From: an uncultured Holophaga sp.
GTDB lineage: Bacteria > Acidobacteriota > Holophagae > Holophagales > Holophagaceae
NCBI GenBank assembly: GCA_963664825.1
Contig: OY761614.1
Location: 1,152,001-1,216,000, forward strand
Direction: 5' to 3'
DNA length: 64,000 nt
This document shows positions 59,690 through 64,000 of this stretch, piece after piece. The notes beneath the pieces are model-generated. The model had not been told where the DNA came from. It saw only the letters and a program-made list of their open reading frames with translations, and did no database searches. The first letter of the stretch is position 1; each line of letters starts with the position of its first letter. The position numbers and the translations under genes were made by a program.

Positions 59690-60351
59690 GCCACCGGGAA
59701 CCCGGCCCGCCGCAGGCTCGGCAGGATTTCGGCCCAGAGCGCGGCCTCCACCACATCGGCATCGGCCTCGGCCGGGACGAGCCGCACGCGCTCGGGCTCC
59801 GCCCGGACGATCTCCAGGAAGCGCGCACGCACCCGGTGATGGAAGGCCAGGGTCTCATCGTCGAAACGCGTCTCCTGGAAGGCTCCCCCCAGGGCGGCAT
59901 TCCGGGCCGCCACCCGGCGCAGGGAGGCCTCCGGGTCCATATCCAGGACCAGGGTCAGGTCCGGGCGGAAATCCCCGAGCACCAGCTCCCGCAGGCGCTT
60001 CAGCGCCTCCTCCCCGACACCGGAGGCCCCCTGATAGGCGCGGGTGGAATCTTCGAAGCGGTCCACCACGACGATCTGGCCGCTAGCGAGGGAGGGCTTG
60101 ATCAGCCTGGCCACATGCTGGGCGCGATCGGCGTAGAAGAGCAATAGCTCGGCCTCCGGGCACCAGGACTCCCCACTCTCGTGGGGCGCCAGGAGCAGGG
60201 TGCGCAGATCCTGACCCAGGGCCGTGCCTCCGGGCTCCTTGGAGAAGACCGCCGGCAGGCCAAAGGCCTGTAGCCTCGCCTCCAGACGGCGAATCTGCGT
60301 GGATTTTCCAGAGCCCTCCACGCCCTCGATGGTGATGAATATGCCCGTCAA
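59686..60351 (-). CDS. tmk: Thymidylate kinase
   Basis: FITIEGVEGSGKST, EPGGT, ADRAQH, DRFEDSTRAYQG; TTG start after GGAGG. Confidence 0.95.
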   Translation of the reverse strand: MTGIFITIEGVEGSGKSTQIRRLEARLQAFGLPAVFSKEPGGTALGQDLRTLLLAPHESGESWCPEAELLLFYADRAQHVARLIKPSLASGQIVVVDRFEDSTRAYQGASGVGEEALKRLRELVLGDFRPDLTLVLDMDPEASLRRVAARNAALGGAFQETRFDDETLAFHHRVRARFLEIVRAEPERVRLVPAEADADVVEAALWAEILPSLRRAGFPVA

Positions 60352-60437
60352 TGCCCCTCCGATGACACCTTGAGCATAAGGCACCCGAGATCGATGACGC
60401 TGCACATTCCCTGGGATTGCGCTTATCCTGGAGGCAA

Positions 60438-61472
60438 ATGCCTCTGGAGACGACCGTGCTCGAATCCCTCAGCTGTCCCAGCTGCTTCACCCACTACGGA
60501 CTTCGGCCCGAGCGGGTCCATGCAGGCATCCGCCGCGCCCGCTGTTTCCGCTGCGGGAACGTGTTCGGTGTCGAGGAGGCTGTCCAGCACCTCCTCGCAC
60601 CCAGCCCCACGCCCGCTCTGGCCGAGGCCTCGGGCACGGCCACCCTGGAAGCCATCCATCCCGAGGATCTCCTGGAACTCGATTCGGTGCTCTCGAGCCC
60701 ATCTCCCATGGAGGCATCTCCAGAGGATTCCGCCCTCACCCTGGGCGATCTGGAGGGATCCGAAGACGAGATCCTGGAGAAGACTCTGGTCATCGAGCCC
60801 ACGCCTCAGGCGGAAGTGGCTGATGAAGGGCCTGCCGCCTTCAGCTCGGCCAAGGACGCCATCTCCAGGCTGTTGGGAGACGAGCCCTCTCCAACGGTGG
60901 AGCGCCGCACCAGCCGGAACAATTCCATGGATGTGGAAGCCACACTGGACGCCCTGGAGCACACCCTGGGGGGAACCCCCACCAGGAGCCCAGAGGCCGT
61001 GGCTCCGCCCCCGGGGCAGGCCGCGGCCCTGGGCAGCACGGTCCGCCTCAGTCCCAGCGAACTCCATGCGGCCATGGCCGCCGGGGCTCCCTCTTCCCGG
61101 GCGCCAACAGTGGCCTTGCCCCCCCGCCCAGCCTTCACACCTCAGCCCCAGGCACCCATCAGTCTGGAGGCCACTCCCTTGGGGGATTCCAATATCTTCA
61201 AGATCCAAGTGGGCCAGGAGACCTTCCAGAATGTCACCCTCGACCAAGTCACGGCCTGGATCGAGCAGGGCCGTGTCCAGGATTGGCACATGGTGGCCCG
61301 GCAATTCAGCGATAACTGGATCGAGGCCGCCAAGGTGCCCTCCCTGCGCCCGATTTTCGAAAGGGTCCGCCGCACCAACCCATCCGTTGCTCTTCCCCCG
61401 GAAGCACCCGCCCTCTTTGAGGTCGCCCCTGTCAAGAAGGGCCTCTTCGGGTGGATGACCCATCGCCATTAG
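60438..61472 (+). CDS. Zinc-ribbon (MJ0042-like) protein with low-complexity linker and GYF_2-like C-terminal domain
   Basis: CPSC...ARCFRCG; C-terminal AWIEQGRV...NWIEAAKVPSL. Confidence 0.75.
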   Translation: MPLETTVLESLSCPSCFTHYGLRPERVHAGIRRARCFRCGNVFGVEEAVQHLLAPSPTPALAEASGTATLEAIHPEDLLELDSVLSSPSPMEASPEDSALTLGDLEGSEDEILEKTLVIEPTPQAEVADEGPAAFSSAKDAISRLLGDEPSPTVERRTSRNNSMDVEATLDALEHTLGGTPTRSPEAVAPPPGQAAALGSTVRLSPSELHAAMAAGAPSSRAPTVALPPRPAFTPQPQAPISLEATPLGDSNIFKIQVGQETFQNVTLDQVTAWIEQGRVQDWHMVARQFSDNWIEAAKVPSLRPIFERVRRTNPSVALPPEAPALFEVAPVKKGLFGWMTHRH

Positions 61473-61481
61473 AGGCTGCCC

Positions 61482-61955
61482 ATGTTTCCCCTGCTGCTCT
61501 CGGCCCTCCTGGGTGTTCAGATGCCCGCACCCCAAGCCCCTCAGGCCGCCGAAGCGCCTAAGGCCCAGGAGCTGAAGCCCCTGGGCTTCCTCAGTCAGAG
61601 ATTCCCCTACCAGTGGGATACGATCCTGCCGCTGAAGGTGGAGCTCGATGGGTTGAAGCTCAATACCATCTTCTTCAACCGCCGGGAGATCCGCTCGGGA
61701 CTCCTGAAGGGAGCCGAATTCGGCACCCGGGCCCAGATCGAGGTCACCAACACGGCCCTGAAGGTGCGTGTGCCCCATTTTGCCGTAGCTGTCTTCGATG
61801 GCGAAAACCGCCTGCTGGGAGTGGCCACCGGTGGGACGAAGATCACCGGCGTGAGGCCCGGGGACACGGAGACCTTCGACTTGAACTTCTCGCGGATCAC
61901 CCAGAGGCTGCCCAAGGGCACCTACTTCGTACTGAGCCTGGAATTCGCCGAATAG
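61482..61955 (+). CDS. Exported hypothetical protein
   Basis: Signal-like N-terminus, beta-rich body; RBS GAGG. Confidence 0.7.
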   Translation: MFPLLLSALLGVQMPAPQAPQAAEAPKAQELKPLGFLSQRFPYQWDTILPLKVELDGLKLNTIFFNRREIRSGLLKGAEFGTRAQIEVTNTALKVRVPHFAVAVFDGENRLLGVATGGTKITGVRPGDTETFDLNFSRITQRLPKGTYFVLSLEFAE

Positions 61956-61988
61956 CGTTCCCCAGGAGCGCAGTCAAAAAGGGAAAGC

Positions 61989-62054
61989 CGCCACAGGACA
62001 CGAAGGACACAGGTTCCTCTACCTGCTTTTCTTCGTGTTCTCGGTGCCGTGGCG
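61989..62054. repeat. REP-like imperfect palindrome between convergent genes
   Basis: CGCCAC/GTGGCG and GGACACGAAG/CTTCGTGTTC arms. Confidence 0.45.
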
Positions 62055-62070
62055 AATCTGCTTTCGGAAA

Positions 62071-63078
62071 TTATTGGGCTTCCTGTTCCCGGTAACGGGC
62101 GAGGATCTCTTCGGCCGTGACGGTGGCCGTGCCCATCTTCCCCACCACCACTCCCGCAGCGGCATTGGCCAGCATGGCCGCGTCTTTCCAGTCCGCTCCG
62201 GCAGCCACTGAGGCGCCGAATACGGCGATCACCGTATCGCCTGCGCCGCTGACATCGAAGACTTCCCTGGCCACCGTGGGGATCCACCAGGGAGCCTCGT
62301 GGGGCGTGTCGCAGGCGAGGAGGGCCATGCCCTTCTCGCTGCGGGTCACCAGGAGTCCAGCCAGACCAAGGGCCTCCGTCACCTTCCGCCCGGCCCGGGC
62401 CACCTCCTCATCCGAGCGAGCGGAGAACCCGGCCAATTCCGAGAGTTCCTTGGTATTGGGCGTCATCAGCGTGGCCCCATGATAGAGCTCGCTATGGGCG
62501 GGCTTGGGATCCACGATCCAGGGCAGTGCGGCTTTTCGGCAGAGTTCCCGGACCACATCCATGATCCCTGCCCCCACGACGCCCTTGGCGTAGTCCGAGA
62601 CGATGAGGCCCCCCGCGCCCTCCAGGGCCCGCTGGAGGCTGGCCTTCAATCCTGCGAGGGCGCTCCCATCCATCAACTCCCCGGGTTCCTCGCGATCAAT
62701 GCGCAGCATCTGCTGCTGCTGGCCGATGACCCGGGTCTTGATGATGGTGGGGCGGGAGGGATCCGTGACCACCCCCATCCCATCGACCCGGTGGCAGGCG
62801 AGCAGCTCCAGCATGCGTCGCCCCGCAGCATCATCCCGCAGAGTGCCCACCAGACAGGGCTCCGCGCCGATGGCCTTGAGGTTGGCGGCAACATTGGCGG
62901 CCCCACCCAGGACAGCCATCTCCCTCAGCACACGCACGACGGGCACGGGGGCCTCGGGGCTGATGCGATCCACTTCGCCATAGAGATACTCGTCCAGTAT
63001 GAGATCGCCGAGCACCACCACTCTGCAACCCTGGATCCTCTCCAGCAGCGCCTTGGCCCGGTCCCGTTCCAGCCTCAT
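62071..63078 (-). CDS. Heptose-7-phosphate kinase (RfaE/HldE kinase domain, PfkB family)
   Basis: [31 protein letters not shown]. Confidence 0.92.
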   Translation of the reverse strand: MRLERDRAKALLERIQGCRVVVLGDLILDEYLYGEVDRISPEAPVPVVRVLREMAVLGGAANVAANLKAIGAEPCLVGTLRDDAAGRRMLELLACHRVDGMGVVTDPSRPTIIKTRVIGQQQQMLRIDREEPGELMDGSALAGLKASLQRALEGAGGLIVSDYAKGVVGAGIMDVVRELCRKAALPWIVDPKPAHSELYHGATLMTPNTKELSELAGFSARSDEEVARAGRKVTEALGLAGLLVTRSEKGMALLACDTPHEAPWWIPTVAREVFDVSGAGDTVIAVFGASVAAGADWKDAAMLANAAAGVVVGKMGTATVTAEEILARYREQEAQ

Positions 63079-63260
63079 CCCTCCACCTGCTTGGCCTCTT
63101 CCTGCAGCATCACGGGAATGCCGTCCTGGATGGGATAGAGAAGCCCGCAGGCCTTGCAGCGCAAGCCATCAGCCCGCTCTTCCAGATCGCCATGGCAGGC
63201 CACCCCCTCCCTTTCGGCGGGGCAGCATAGGATCTCAAGCAAGCGGGGATCGAGGGGCAT
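63075..63260 (-). CDS. Trm112-family protein
   Basis: LLEILCCP...[20 protein letters not shown]. Confidence 0.9.
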   Translation of the reverse strand: MPLDPRLLEILCCPAEREGVACHGDLEERADGLRCKACGLLYPIQDGIPVMLQEEAKQVEG

Positions 63261-63306
63261 GGGAACTCCTAGCACATCGTGTAGCAGCAGCAGTCCACGA
63301 TCCGCC

Positions 63307-64000
63307 TCAGCACATCGTGTACTTCGGCCCGCCACCCCCCTCCGGGGCGGTCCAGACCACGTTCCCCTCGGGGCACTTGATATCGCAGGTCTTGCAGTGG
63401 ACGCAATTGGAGAAGGCGATCTCCACCTGGGTGACCTTGCCCTTCTCATCGGGGTGCATCTCGTAGACCTGGGCGGGGCAGAAGACTGTGCAGGGCGCGC
63501 CCTTGGTCTCGAAACAGGCCACGCAGACCTCGTGGCCCTTGACGATCTTGAGATGGGCAGGCTGGTGCTCATCGTGCATGACACCCGCCAGGTAGACATC
63601 GTCGAGCTTCTGGTAGAGGCGCTGGCCATCGAACTTGATGCCGAGGTCCAGGTCCTCCCGGTGGAGGCCGGCCTTGCCGTAGAAGCGTTCGGTGCTTTCC
63701 GTCATGGCGGCATCCGCCTGGCCCTTCAGGGGATCTCCCGGCACCCAGCCGCCGGTGACCAGGCTCAGGCCGAGCTTGAGGCCAGCCCCCACCCCGAGGC
63801 CATGGGACAGGATGCGGTGGAAGTTGCGATAGGACTTCAGCTCCTCCCCGGCCCAAGATTCCAGATAAGCCTTGGAATAGCGCATCAGGCTGCTTTCGGA
63901 AAAGTCAGCCTCGACCAGGGCATCCAGGATCGTCTCCGCGGCCTCGATGCCACCCTTCATGGCCAGATGGATGCCCTTGAGGCGGGCGGCGTTGACCATC
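63307..64000 (-). CDS. ETF-ubiquinone oxidoreductase / FixC-FixX-like (C-terminal part)
   Basis: [41 protein letters not shown]. Confidence 0.9.
   Translation of the reverse strand, partial: MVNAARLKGIHLAMKGGIEAAETILDALVEADFSESSLMRYSKAYLESWAGEELKSYRNFHRILSHGLGVGAGLKLGLSLVTGGWVPGDPLKGQADAAMTESTERFYGKAGLHREDLDLGIKFDGQRLYQKLDDVYLAGVMHDEHQPAHLKIVKGHEVCVACFETKGAPCTVFCPAQVYEMHPDEKGKVTQVEIAFSNCVHCKTCDIKCPEGNVVWTAPEGGGGPKYTMC

Overview
GC-rich diderm bacterial chromosome segment. The gene content gives an impression of Holophagae/Acidobacteriota, which cannot be verified here. 1-10 kb: a hybrid PAS sensor kinase (partial), LysR, a compact chemosensory cluster (STAS, cheA, MCP, cheW, cheW) and a MarR-MFS efflux pair. 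10-14.6 kb: three nested insertion sequences (ISL3 inside an IS66-family element inside an IS3-family element); the two inner elements have exact 8-bp target duplications. 14.6-17 kb: a translationally coupled operon of a stand-alone type I HsdM whose catalytic NPPF motif reads SAVPN, a HEPN-MNT toxin-antitoxin pair and an IS-truncated DUF1016/YhcG gene. 17.3-34.0 kb: a ~16.7-kb island in the 3' end of tmRNA (ssrA, 33994-34383), bounded by a 16-bp direct repeat. It has a minimal satellite-like core (P4-type integrase, unknown ORF, AlpA, primase-helicase flanked by iteron-like repeats) and defence cargo (Mrr, type ISP R-M, AT-rich GHKL-ATPase/nuclease fusion, two small envelope proteins). 34.4-64 kb: core genes (gmk, several peptidases, FadL, folK, GSP-like ligase, queF/queC, hslO, RsmB-like, pilBTC, GGDEF, holB, tmk, RfaE-like kinase, Trm112, ETF-QO partial). 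The best candidates for an undescribed system are the altered-active-site HsdM plus HEPN-MNT operon and the tmRNA satellite with its GHKL-nuclease. All family assignments come from motif recognition by eye; no database search was run.
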